DNA of 58,224 bases, the filler included, from Sphacelaria rigidula (Eukaryota), in NCBI GenBank assembly GCA_964200075.2. It is 2 parts of 2 records of this genome, joined end to end, with 100 filler letters (N's around TTAATTAATTAA, not from the genome) between each part and the next. Parts side by side here need not be neighbours in the genome. Positions count along the whole stretch, not along the records: positions 29,212 to 58,224 come from CAXNAA020000090.1; 1 more part is not named here. One strand, 5' to 3'. The notes under the pieces are model-generated. The model was not told the origin of the DNA and did no database searches. It saw only the letters and a list, made by a program, of their open reading frames with translations. Positions 36,815 to 49,500 of this stretch are shown in pieces. Position 1 is the stretch's first letter; the number at the start of each line of letters is the position of its first letter. The position numbers and the translations under genes were made by a program.

Positions 36815-37544
36815 ATGGCGACCCTCACCTTGCCCCAGCAATGGGCCGCTTCCCCGTCCCCCAAACCCCATTGGGCGGAACCGCGTACCACCACTCCACT
36901 GAAACCAAGACGGAAAGAGATATCCCGGGGCTCGTCGATGAGCGATCTGCGGGAACTCGAACCAGATTTGGGCACTCCGGCACACACGTCGCCTTCAGGC
37001 TTGGAGTTCGAAGACAACCCCGTCAAGAGGCCTCCACGTAGGTCGTCGTCGACTGTCGGGCCCGGCCGCGGCCCTCACCCGCAATCCCCGAATAGCCACA
37101 CTCCTAGTAGCAGGCCACAATCTGCGCGCATCTCGAGACAGCAGTTGGAGAAGGGGTCCAGGCGTAGTTCTTCTACCCATCGCACAGGCCGCGGGGATTC
37201 GGATAAAAGCACTAAATACAGACGCTCGCAGTCGCTGGGGCGCACCTCCAGCACCTCCAGCGTCGGTACTGCTTCCATCAGCGGTGGTGCCCCTCTGCAG
37301 GTCTCTCGTTCCTCTGGGGGTACTGGTAACAGTATGCAAAACGAGGGACGTGCCGCCAAGCTTAATCTCTACCATGTCAGGCGGCCGGAGCCGCGCGCCA
37401 GGTGGGTATTCAATTCATCGCACGGCAGCAAGAAGTCACCGGCAGACTTCGCGTCACATCAGGCGCCCACCCGTGTGACTTCAACGGTGGATGAGTCAAG
37501 ACCTAGTCTTGGAGGTCTGGTGTGGATTAATGCCACGCTTGGAG
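36815..37544 (+). CDS. Host gene exon 1 (low-complexity, S/R/P-rich)
   Basis: ATG just after an AG acceptor-like site (36810-36811); open frame; phase-1 donor G|gtgagg. Confidence 0.62.
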
Positions 37545-40500
37545 GTGAGGGCAGGTTGCTCGTAAGGAGCTATAATCGCATTCGCTACCACGCTCCTTTG
37601 AACTCGCCCAGTTTATTATTGGACAGTAATTCATGTCTACCTCTTCTATGGGACAGAATTATGTTTATGTTGCTTTCTTGACGGCTGGTTTTCATCACGT
37701 CCTGGCGACTTCCTCGCAACGCACTCACTGACGTTTATGGGTGCTTGCCCGGTTTGTATCCTGCTGTACTGGGACGGCGATTGACTGACATCTATATCCT
37801 GCTGTACATGGACGGCGATTGACATCTGTTTGAATTGTAACAGGCCTTTCTTCCTCTTCCGAGCATTGAAAACACAATGTCCGCATCTATGTTACCTCAT
37901 CTTGTTTTTTGTATTCGGACACAACCGTCACTTCGTGGACCTGCTGTTCGTACTCGAAGGTCACTGCTGTTTAGAGAAAGGCACAAAGACGAAGACTGTG
38001 ACTGAGGTTCCGATTCCAACGCTGGACGGGTGGCTCAATGGTCAGACGGGTATATGGTGGGTGGGTGCTCTCAAGGAAGGTCATAGGACGATGTGGGATG
38101 GGCACGTTGTGATGAGCTGGGCAATGGTATTCATTCCCGCATACCCTGAGGTGAGAAATTCCCTGTTTGTGAAGCCGGCAGGAATTGAGTTGTATCGCTG
38201 TGATGTATGCCACCGTGATACCCCGTAGTGGGGTTATTATTTTACACCAAGCGCCTCACGCCGAGTATAATCCAATTACCCGACTCCTTTGGGCAGGCGC
38301 ACAGTTCGGTCGGTTGGCTATCGAGTTGGTTCACAGTAGGCTCCGCTGTTCCATCTGTTGTTGCCCTTTTCGACCCAATTTTCAGCATTGAACCTGGACC
38401 TTCAGTATCCAAGTAAAAATGATGCCGATTTGGCACACATGTACCCCTTGGCGGTCAGAGGGTAAATCTTGGAGCTTGTGACTACACGAGATATCTTGGG
38501 AGTGCAGTTCTTAGGTGTTTCTATACTGGCTGAACGCATTCGTTGCATGCATTGTGGAATGGATTACGTCCATATCTACACGGACCCGCGCGTCTCGAGA
38601 TCCTCCACTTTCATTCTCATCGGGGATGCACGTATGCGTGATGAGTCTTCCTTTGCGCCGGTCAAACGAAAACCATGTTCGATGTGTATGTATACCACGC
38701 TCCCCCAATCCACTCCACCTTTGTTATGTGCGCGGAAGGCGTATTTACCTGGAAAAACCGGAGGTGGTTGATTGCTTGATGGGTGGCAGGACCTCGTATA
38801 CACTAAAGAAAGGGCTCAGCACAGCTCAGGCTAGAAAATTTAAATTCATCCCGTCCGCTTTCGGGTAATCGTCGTGCCTAGAAGAATGGACACATTGAAT
38901 ATTTCGAAGTGGGACACCTGTACATGTTCCATTTTGTGACGGGGTTTATCCATCGAAGCAAGCGCAAACCGAGTCTAGTCCCCCGAAGTTCTCCTGTTCT
39001 CATGCATTTGAGGCAGCACGAGCCCACACATGTTGAGTACTGTACCACACACCTCTTTATGACACCAAACGCCAGAGCAGCCTTTATGAGAGCAGACTGA
39101 GTTCTCATGATGTACGAATACCTCTCATCCCAAAGACAGCTTTTCCAAAATGTCGTTCGTTTAGAACGTGAATGTTGCCTACTTTTTTCTCGGCTTGATC
39201 AACTGCAGCGGAACATGACCCTTGCTCACCGGCTGCTTCCCAATATCTCACCTCGGATCACAAGGTACGACTGTAGTAGTTCGTAAAACTTTTCAAAAGG
39301 GTTCGGTCAACCAAACGAGGATATTTGAAGAGCGATGCTTCATTCTGTGTACGCGGTGCTCGAAATGTGCCCTGTTGACGGGCAACAGAACAGAGTACAC
39401 AACCGATCATGGACGACAGTGATCGTTATGTTCGAATTCTCCTCGGAGTTGCTCAATTGGACATCCAACGTTTGTCCACGGGATACTGACTCGTGCGTGT
39501 ATGCACTGTTGTCCAAAGCATTCCGGTGTGAACATGTCCGGTAAGCAGCCGAGCACGGAGCTGGCAATCGAATTTATGTCGTCAAAGTTCTGCCGTTCGT
39601 TCGGTCACGTAAACACCTGTGTGCATGTGCATGTGCATTTGATTTCTGTACACGTCAGAGCCACGACGGACGCCAATTCTGCAAGGGTAGGTGGAGAAGG
39701 GCAACTCAATTGAGGGGGATTTTGAAAGTTGTGCTTGAATCATTGAAACTGAAGGTGGGGTATTAGGGATGGCTGTCCAGTTATTTCCAGTTATTTCTTG
39801 GGTACGCCTCCTAGACTCCACCCTAACCTGAGGACCTCAAGTACGTCTTACAAAATACCATGCAATTGGGTGTACTCTACTCGACCTGCCGGTAATTCTG
39901 TTGTCTGCATATAGCATTCAGGAAGCCATTTCCGCTGTCTGCATATAGGCGCGTAACGGGGAAGAGATAGATTGATCCCTTGAGACCACGCACTCATCCC
40001 GAGGAAGAGGAGGGGTCTAAAGGTTGAGGAAAAAAAAGTGTGTATGTCAAGTCGGAATTTCTCAGTGCCTTGTGAAGGTTTTCACATCTCCTGATATGAG
40101 CTCCTCTTTGTTAGGTGGAAATATGATTATCCGAAACCGGTTCGTGTATAGTCCAGGCATTTCGGTAAGCTTGAGCTCCCCAGGTACAGACCAGGGTGAG
40201 GTATCGTTTGATCGGCACATGGGACGGTCATTGCTGATGTTGGAATGCTTCGCGCAGGGACCTTCATTTCGGTTGCACAGTGTAGATCCCTTCTTCATCA
40301 ACGATCGTGATCGAATCTGCGGATGTGTTCCCGTCACCTCTATTCACGGACAAAACTGTATCGACGGAGACGAATGTTTTACTGCTGCGGCGCATTGTGG
40401 ATGGTGGTGCGCTGTACCCTACTGTAAGTGGTGCGTCAGGGTTGGGTTTCTGGGTCTCATATAGAGCTGTACTCGACTGTCCGTCAGCGCTGTACCGCAG

Positions 40501-43500
40501 ACAACCCTGTACCGTGTGTCGAGTAGTTCTGGCGACGCTCTACCGCAGACAACCCTGTACCATGTGTCGGGTAGTTCAAGACAATATTTCGGCTGTGGGA
40601 TATCGGTCTCCAGTATTCGGTCCCATGCCCCCCGTCCGATCCACGACATCCCACAGCTTCGAACTGAAGTACGTTCTTTCAAATTTGGAACAGTTGATCA
40701 AGGGGTACTGACAAGCACCGTAAATCTTGAACGGTGTCATATTCACTGTACCCAGCACCCCACGAAGTGCAGTACGTGTACACATGAGGTTAGGAAAATG
40801 GGATGCCGTGACCTGTCTGGAAGGACCGAAATTTTGAACTTGGCTACCGCAGCTCGGGGGTCCCTCGGCGCATTTCACGCGGGGTGTAATATTCGTGCTT
40901 GTGATCCACCGATCAACTCATCCATAGCTGTCGTGTTTATGACTGATTTATACCGAAAGTTTTCCTTGGTACACGTGCAGGAATGTCCACGCGTGTCTCA
41001 GTGCCGTAGACAATACTCATGAGTTGGACCAGCCTCTGTATGGCATGTTGCTGTCAAACAACACCCCGTGGCTGCGTCGAGGCATCCGATCCCACTTGCT
41101 GTTGTTGGTTTCGTATACTGTATCTAGTATTCGATTTTTTCACAGCCCCCCCCAGGATTACATGGGGTTGTGTTCACCTGCTTTGTGATCATCGATGGCT
41201 GATGCCTTTTGTGCTGGGGTCTCGTCGGAGGCCCTCATGTATTTTTCGACAGGGAGATTTCCCACATTTTTTTTCACAGTAAACCCTTCTCACGTGATCG
41301 ACCCCCCCATCAACATTAAAAAAGCAGTGTTCATCGTTTTACACGCAGGCACGATTCCAAATTCTGGGTCGCGCGGGAGAGACGTAGCACTCTGCCGTCC
41401 TGTCGTGGTGTACGGTCCGCACTGACTTTACTACCGTGATACATTGCGTGAGCAATACATGGTGGGCTGCGCGACGCAAGATGATCACGAAGGGAACACT
41501 TCTTGCTTCACTAACTGAGTGTCGAAGTGACGATCGTGCCTTTTCACTCCGCGGTACTCGGTAGTGGTTGACTGAAAGGACAGCGCGGACAACAGCAACC
41601 GTGCTGTACTGTATGTGACTGCAGAAGTACAACAACACTAGCACTATTCATGGCCTTGTGTGTACCTTCAGTACGGTCCTGTACCTACAAGGCTTGGGTG
41701 CGTAGGCAGTCTGTACTGCGTAGCGATGTCCCTTTGCAATAAGCTGCATGCACAGACCCAAACTGAGCTGCGATTCGCTGCACTGTTGTAGTGCTCGACT
41801 GTGAGGGCAGCACAGACAACAGAGCGGTGTTGTATTATTAAATGTAATACAGTGGTATCACTACCAATCTTAGTCTTGAGTGTGCTGTCAATCGGGTCCT
41901 GTCTATGCAAGGCTTGGATGCGTGGGCAGTCTATAAGTCATCGCGACAGCTGTTCGCAACACGCTGCATGCACAGACCTGAACTGAGCTACAATACTGCA
42001 CAGACTACCTCTAGACTGTCCTGTCTGTACAGCACTCGTCATCGACCCTGCCCGCTGCTTACACCGGGTAAAGGGCCGATACGGTACTAGCGAGTGAAGG
42101 ACACTGATGCAACACGCTGAATGCCCGCGAGCACCAGCGACAGCAGTAGTGATGGCAGCAAGACCAGCACAGGTGCGACAGGTGCTGTCGTGGCCGTAAG
42201 GTGTGTTTGATGACATTTTTCGATAGCACAAGGTTATCGTAAAATCACGTTTTTTTTACTATGATTTTCTGACGACCTTGGATTGTCGAAAAATCTCACC
42301 GGAAAATTTTCCATCGAAAAATGCGTTTTCTGATCACATAATAAGCCTTGAAAGAGTTTTGGTCATTCATCAGTAAACGCGTTTCTCGATGGTGATCTTT
42401 CTATACACGAGAAGTAGCCTTGCGAAGACATGCCATGAGCGCACTGGGACCACAGTTGACTCGACTTCTTGGTTGTGCGACATTAGCTGTCGAGTTGGAT
42501 TGCTGCCACCCTCATGCTCTACGCAGTTCTCCATCCATTCGCAATCAAAGCGTTTACCCTTGAGCGAACTCTTATGGGAGCGTTTGAAGTAACAATTTCA
42601 GAAGAGTTTTTTTTTCTTTGTCATCATGGTGGACGGGCACAAAATCCACAACTACGGCAAAGAAGAAAAGATTCAGTCGTTCAAAATAATTGCAAAATAA
42701 AATTCCAAAAAAAAAAAAGTCGGTTAAAATAAGTGCAAAATATAATTCCAAACGCTCCCATGAGAGTTGGCCTTAATTTGGGAACTAGACCCCCAAGGAG
42801 TGCTGATTTTTGTTTTGGTGAATCGGCATGATTTTCAGTCATTTTTGAGTCAAAATGATGCCGATTCACAAATATTCACAAAACAAGAATCAGTACTTGC
42901 GTTCCCAAAGGGTTAAGCCTTAGACCGCGAGATTAGTCTTTCTCGATCATGTATACTTTTTTTCACTTAGGGGTACCTAGCTCATCTGAATTATTCATAC
43001 TTCTTGAATTTGATGCCGATTCAACAGATGACCTACTCTCCCTGTCAAAGGGCCAACATAAGAGGCGTGCTGATTTACTGTCGTTGTCGTTGTTGTTGTC
43101 GTCGTTGTCTCCACATTGAAAACCGTTCCAAAATCTGCGCGGTACACTCGTACCGGGCATCTGATGCGGCTTCTGTGGTCACAGGCTCGGTACCTATGAA
43201 AATGTATGGGGGAATCAAACAAATCCAAATAACAAAAAATACCTTGATGAAGACTCACAAAACGCGATACAATCAAAACAGGGATGAAAGCTGAAAAAGA
43301 GAGTACATACGACTGACCTCACAATGGTATCAGGATTATCAGCATTAAACGTCACCCGGTCACTTTTGCTGAAAGACATTCGTCGCTCAAGCCTTGAACC
43401 CCCTTGGACAGCGAGAGTAGGTCACCTGTTGAATCGGCACCAATTTCACTTGAAAAAAGTACACATCATCCAGGAAGACTAACCTCGCGGTCTAAGGGTT

Positions 43501-46500
43501 AACCGCGATGGAAGGTCACATAGTGAATCGACATCAATTTTCACTTGGAGAAAGTTTGCGTGGTCTGGATCGGCTACCCGCATTGGCAATGCGCAATGCG
43601 GGTAGTCGATCCAGATCACGCCTTCTTCTCCAAGTGAAAATTGATGCCGATTCACCAGATAGCCTCCTCTCGCCGTGAAAATATCAAATTACAGGGTGAA
43701 CGAGGAGAAGAAAAATATACACTGTGAGACGTGATCGAGTTTGAAGTTTCTCCGTTTGCCCACAATGACGAGGTTCATGTCATGAACGCGGACGTGTACA
43801 CTCCCGACCGTTGGGGCCACGTTTTATCATGGTCTGAGGGAAGTCTCTGAAACTGTGTTGTGTGTTGTCGTCCCTTCTATTCTGGACGCCGGTCCATACC
43901 TTTCGGTGTATGTGGGCGCATCAGCCGTAGGCTTACGTTGCGTATGCGTGTTTTTTCCTTGAAAGTAAGCTCCAGTTTTTATCATTTGTTCCTTGTGTTG
44001 AAAGCCCCACCAAGTTTTTTTAGCGCGAGTAAAGCACGCTTGATGCGCCTCATTCCCGTCCTTGTTGGGGCGTTGTGGCGGTATCCCGTCACGAGGCGCG
44101 CCTTCTAGCGTGAGGACAAGACGAACAAGTTAGGCATTTCAAGTTTTGTTCATAATTTATAACGAAAAATCAAGCTTTTCCTCCATTACCGAGTTTGGAG
44201 GCCAAAACCCGCACACCTATACCCTTATCCACATACGGAAACAACAAACGCCACTACACCTACGATACTTGATACCCCGCCCACTTCAGACATAATAACT
44301 GCACACTGCAAGTCATCGCCAGAGGGATGAGCAGAATTCATGACGGTAGCTCTCGTTGTCTTTCCACGGTCAACCTGGTTTTAGGGCGTGGTGAAATGAC
44401 CACATGGTGACATGTACACTCCTTCCCGGCTTTCCCGGTCGACCCTGTGTTGATGTAATTATCACGTTTTAGTAGGAAATCGAGACCCGAAAAACCCACT
44501 GGAAAACTAGGGAACGGTGTACTGAGTGCAAGTCATATCATAACCAAGCTCCCGACCGCCCTGCGCTTGGAAACCTGCGAAGGCTTATCTGGGCCATGAA
44601 TAGGGTCCCCGCACGGTCTTGACAGTTGCATCATACTCAGCAAAAACCCCAGCGCTGGTCATCCGGGTCTGGTCGATAAATTTCGCCTCGCCGTGATTGA
44701 GCAGGTCGCTCGAAGACTTGTTTTTTTAATATTTTACTCACGCAGGGTCAATCCTGTGTTGGTGAGGGGTCGGTTCCAAAAGGGTTGAGCCAATTATAAG
44801 CCTTGCGCCAAACAGGCCTATTTAAGCTCAAAAGAAGAAATTAAGCTAAACCATATGCGTGCATACGGAACTAAAGCCTAATCAGCCGGGATCACACAGG
44901 AGGGAGGTCAACACACGAGCTTTTTCCCTTTTTTGTTGTTGAGTACCCCACCTCTCTTCTGCGGTGCTTGCCTTCTTTTTATCGCTAGAGGGGTTCAGCG
45001 GTCCCTTTCCCTCGTCGACCGTTAGGTCGAATTTTGTGTACCCACTACATGGTCGCTCTCCACTGCGTATACTGTAAAGGCAAATAATGTTTTCAGCGAT
45101 GTTTTCCAGAGGATACCGTTCACACAGCCCTGCCTTGTTCGTGAAAATTCCTTCGAGGTTTGCATATCCCGAGCATTTAGCCTTCGTGCAGGGAGTGTTG
45201 CTGGTCATCATTCATCTGAAAGCAGGATCCAGGTCCATCCCTCACACGTACATCCGCACACTGTATACGAATTCATGTCTTCCTCAGAGACAGCACCAAC
45301 GCCATCGATTGTCGTGCAGCGTTCAAAGCTTGCTCAATGGGCATCCTAGCGTCTTGCTAACATACCATGGCCTGGGGTCCTTGGGGCGGCCTCTCAAAGC
45401 AGCTACAGGCGGTGACCGCTATGTACGCGCCCAATCAGTCGAAAATAGTGTGAAAGAATGAAGATAATGTATCCACGTCGTCTTTTTTTTTCAGGTATCG
45501 AATATCCACAAGACTCGTGATCTCACGATGCCAGTAAAAAAGGGGTTTTAACCCCGCGAATCTCGTGTTTTTCGTTCGAAGCGTGAGAGATCGAGGAGGC
45601 GAAATAAATAAGGTGAAGGCTGCTCGGTTGCGGGATTGTTGATGCTTGGACTGAAGTATGCGATTCGTCAGCACGACCGAGGACCCGTACCGGAGACAAG
45701 GTGTGGGAGGCTTTCACAATCGTTGTGACACGGGACAGTGTCGACTCGAGCCCTCTCCTTTCTCTACCTCCCCTAAAAGGACCACCTCGTCAGCCTGTTG
45801 CCCCAAACTCGTTGCGACCCACCGAGAGGGGTGGTGGACTTTTATTCTTGTACTCGGGAGGGTGATACGCGTGACGCTCTGTTCGGACGGTCGTCGACTT
45901 GGCCTTGACTCTCTGTTCGCCACCGCAACGTTCGCAGCCCAGCTGCCATGCTTGTTTTTGTTTGAATCGCTGAACATGCCGCGCTCCGTCCCCCCTCCCC
46001 TTCAGCTCCGTCTCGAGAGGGATGCGTGGTTGGTCGTTGAATGAACGGGGCAGGCAGCGATTGAGTATATTTCCCCCCACCCCCCCCCTACTCCGTGCTC
46101 TCCTCCCGTGCTTCTCCACTGCTCCGCTACTCTGTTGCGTTTGTGGATCCTCAAATGATTTGAAATGAAGCCGAAACACTCACCCGCTCAGTATCCACAT
46201 CGCCGCTTCGCCTCACCCCACCTTTGAACGAGACAGCTGGCTGCAAAGAACAACATGGAAGTGTGGAAGGACAAGTGCATCAAGGGCAGCCGACGGGTCG
46301 CGCGCACGGGAGAGCTGGCACGGAAGATCGCAGACATCGTGGCGGATGATGAAGATGCAGAGCCGGAGTGTGTCGTTCACACCCACCTTTGTATTTTGCT
46401 CGCTGAGGGCGACGATCTAGATCTCAAGCGAAAACGAATGCAAGGTACCGCAACCCCACGTGCAGGGGCCAGCGGAGGATTCACGCCGGGGAGCTCGGTG

Positions 46501-49500
46501 GACGCGGGTGGGCTGCAGTCGATGTCGTCTAGAAGTGGGAGTATTGATATGACGGGGGTTGGCGTGCCGCCCAGGCCCAGAGACTCTTACGAGGGGGGTG
46601 GAGTTCCCACATCAGACGAAGCTGGGGGGATGACTCTTGAGGTATGTGATGCAATCACAGCGGAACTGGAATCTAAAAACTGTTGTGCTCACCTTCCCGT
46701 GTGAACTCCGCTGATGCATGCGCCCACTTATACACCGAAAAGTGCAGCCTGACGTCAAGGATGCCATTAGACGGTGTTACACACAACACTGCTAGACATG
46801 TTTGGCGAGAAAAACCGCTTTGTGTCATCTCACGACCAGGTGCAGACTGACGTCGAGAATGCATGTGACTGTATTACACACAACACTGCTAGGCATGTTT
46901 GACGAAAAAACGCTTCATGTCATCTCATGACCTTGGCGTTCAAAAGGATTTCCGGGGTTACACTCAACACACGGCGGTGATGATCGCTATTCTTGTACCT
47001 ACGATCGCGCATGACCTTTTACAGTGGCAGTAGCCGGTTCCCTCCAGCACAGTGTACCTGTAGCGTTGCTTTTCCTATCCTCGCGGTCACGGCTACACCT
47101 TTGAAGTCACCCACTTCGGGAAATGAAGTCCTGTAATCCGACTCATGGGATCCTCTCCGTCGCAATTATTCCTCACGTCGAAGCCAGGGCAAGGTTTACG
47201 TCATCTCCGCCTTGATCGCCTCGACCGATAAAAGCGATGATGTAACACAACACGGGCGTGTCAGCACAATTCATTAAAGTGTAGTTTGCAAAACATCGAC
47301 GCCATATCTTCCTTTGTTGACTCTTTCATGTGTTGTAATGGATGTCGATGGTATGCACCTCGCGCTCTGACAACGAGTTCGAGAGTTCGAGCTAACGTGA
47401 TGAAAACAAGAATAATCATGTGATGAGTCGGAATTTCGTCCCTGCCCCCCCCCCCCCCATGTATGTCCAGGAGGCGCTAGAGCGGGTGGAAAAGTACAGG
47501 GATAGGATTCGTGCCCTCAAGGACGACCGCCAGGCGAAGAAGGCTACGGTGAGATTCGCGGGTATACTCTAGCCTCTGCTGCACGCACAACCCCGGTCAC
47601 AATGGACGCCATTTCTCCGAGAAATCCGCCTCTTTTTCATGTCTGACGCGCAAAAAACACTTCGATGTCGGCTGCAAGCAACACGCGAGTGCGTTCCTTC
47701 CACGAACAAAATGATTTATGCACTCCGAAGTCGTACTTCACTCAGTATCTGTTTGCTGTGAGCCCTCGAGAAATGATTGCAAAATTATCGGTCACATCAG
47801 CAACTGCTTTATTTAAGTGGTGAGCTTTCATAAGGAATTTAAAAGATGAAGTTGAGGAATTGTGGCCCTGCAATTCAAACCGCATACAGGAGATGATCCT
47901 GGGCAAGCATCCATGACAAGCGTCCTTTCTCCTTTGTTGAGCGGTTATGTTACTGCCGTATCGAGGTGCAGGGAGACTGTCCCCATGCTGCAGAGGGGGT
48001 ACCATCAATACATGACCTCGAATAAGAAATTTACGAACAAGGGCATACCACAGCTCGGAAGCATTCACGCAATCACGAGAAATCAGTGATTTGGGTGTGT
48101 GTTTGAGGGAGAAGGGTGGACGTTTTACGCTTATCCTGGATGATGACGGTCGTCTGTGTTCGACACCACCCGGTCGACGGACGATGATTTTTTTTTGTAT
48201 GCGACCTTCAGAGCGGCCTAGAACACCGCCCTGTCACATATCGAATGACGAAATCTCTCTTCTTCGTGTCCGAATAATCCAATACAGTGACGAGAGTTGA
48301 GACTCTACTGTTGTTTTGCCCCCATTCTTGCGTTTCTTGCTACTTTCCTGGTTTTGCACACAGCTTGCCCGTCTGGAGGATGACTTGCGCCGCAAAGAAG
48401 ACGTGTTCGCCAGGGAAAACGATCGGCTGCGACAGGAACGTAACGATCTCAGGGCGAGGGCGAAGGTGTTGAGGATGGATGTCGAAGACCTTAGACGCGA
48501 GGCGTGAGTGGCTGACTGCCCATTTCTTGACGCGTTAATGAATCTTGAGGCGGGGAAGTAGCCAGTTGGACTCCCTGCATGCTCTATTTCTCAAGAGTCC
48601 CTCGTGTGTGCGTGTGTGCGTCTGTCCCGGTATTTCATACACAAATCACGTGTAATAGTACTGGGATGCGCAGGCGCTATGCTGTCAAGACGTTTGAAGG
48701 GAAAAACGTGGCATCTTCGGAAGATGCATTCCTGTCCGTTGAATCCCTTCTCCGTGTGGTACGCCATGTCTGTCGGTCTGTGGATGTAGCTGGAAATATC
48801 CTCATCGTTACCTTACATCTCTTCCTTTTGGTCACCACGATTGAAGAGTTTGTTTGATGGCCCCCGCCCGCCCTATCCGCACCCTACCGCCACCTTTCTC
48901 CACACACACACACTTGGAACTAGGAACTCCGGAATATCCGTTGAACATGTGGATCAACTCCGATTCGATGTTGACCGGCTTCGCCGCGAGCGCGACGACG
49001 CGAGGGCAGAAGCCATGCGCTGGCTCGAACAAGAAAAGGCCAAGCTCGAAGCCAACGCGCAAGCGACCGCGCTGGCCGAAGTACACAAACAGCGCAGCGC
49101 TGCTGCTGCCGCGGGTAGCGTTCAAGAAATGGGGGCGGTAGGAGATTTGGGAATGGTGGTCGACGCGAACGGTAAACGTGACAACTCTGCCAAGGCCGCG
49201 GCGGCTATCGCGAAGTTGAGGGCTAAGGTGGAGCGGCTGAGGAAGGAGAGGGATGAGGCCGAGGATCAAGCTGCGAAGTGGTTGAACGAGCAGCAGGCCA
49301 ACCTGAGGCAACAGCTGGCCGCGGATATGAGCATGAACGGGGTAATGAACGACCAGGACCGGGCTGATTCGGTAAGTAGAGACGAAGTTTTGGGAGGAGT
49401 GGGAGGGGTGGGATTTTTTGTAGAGATGTGTGACACGCACACATCGACTTTTGGGAGGATGTATCTCTTGCCGTTTCCCGTATAGCAACGTCTCTGACCG

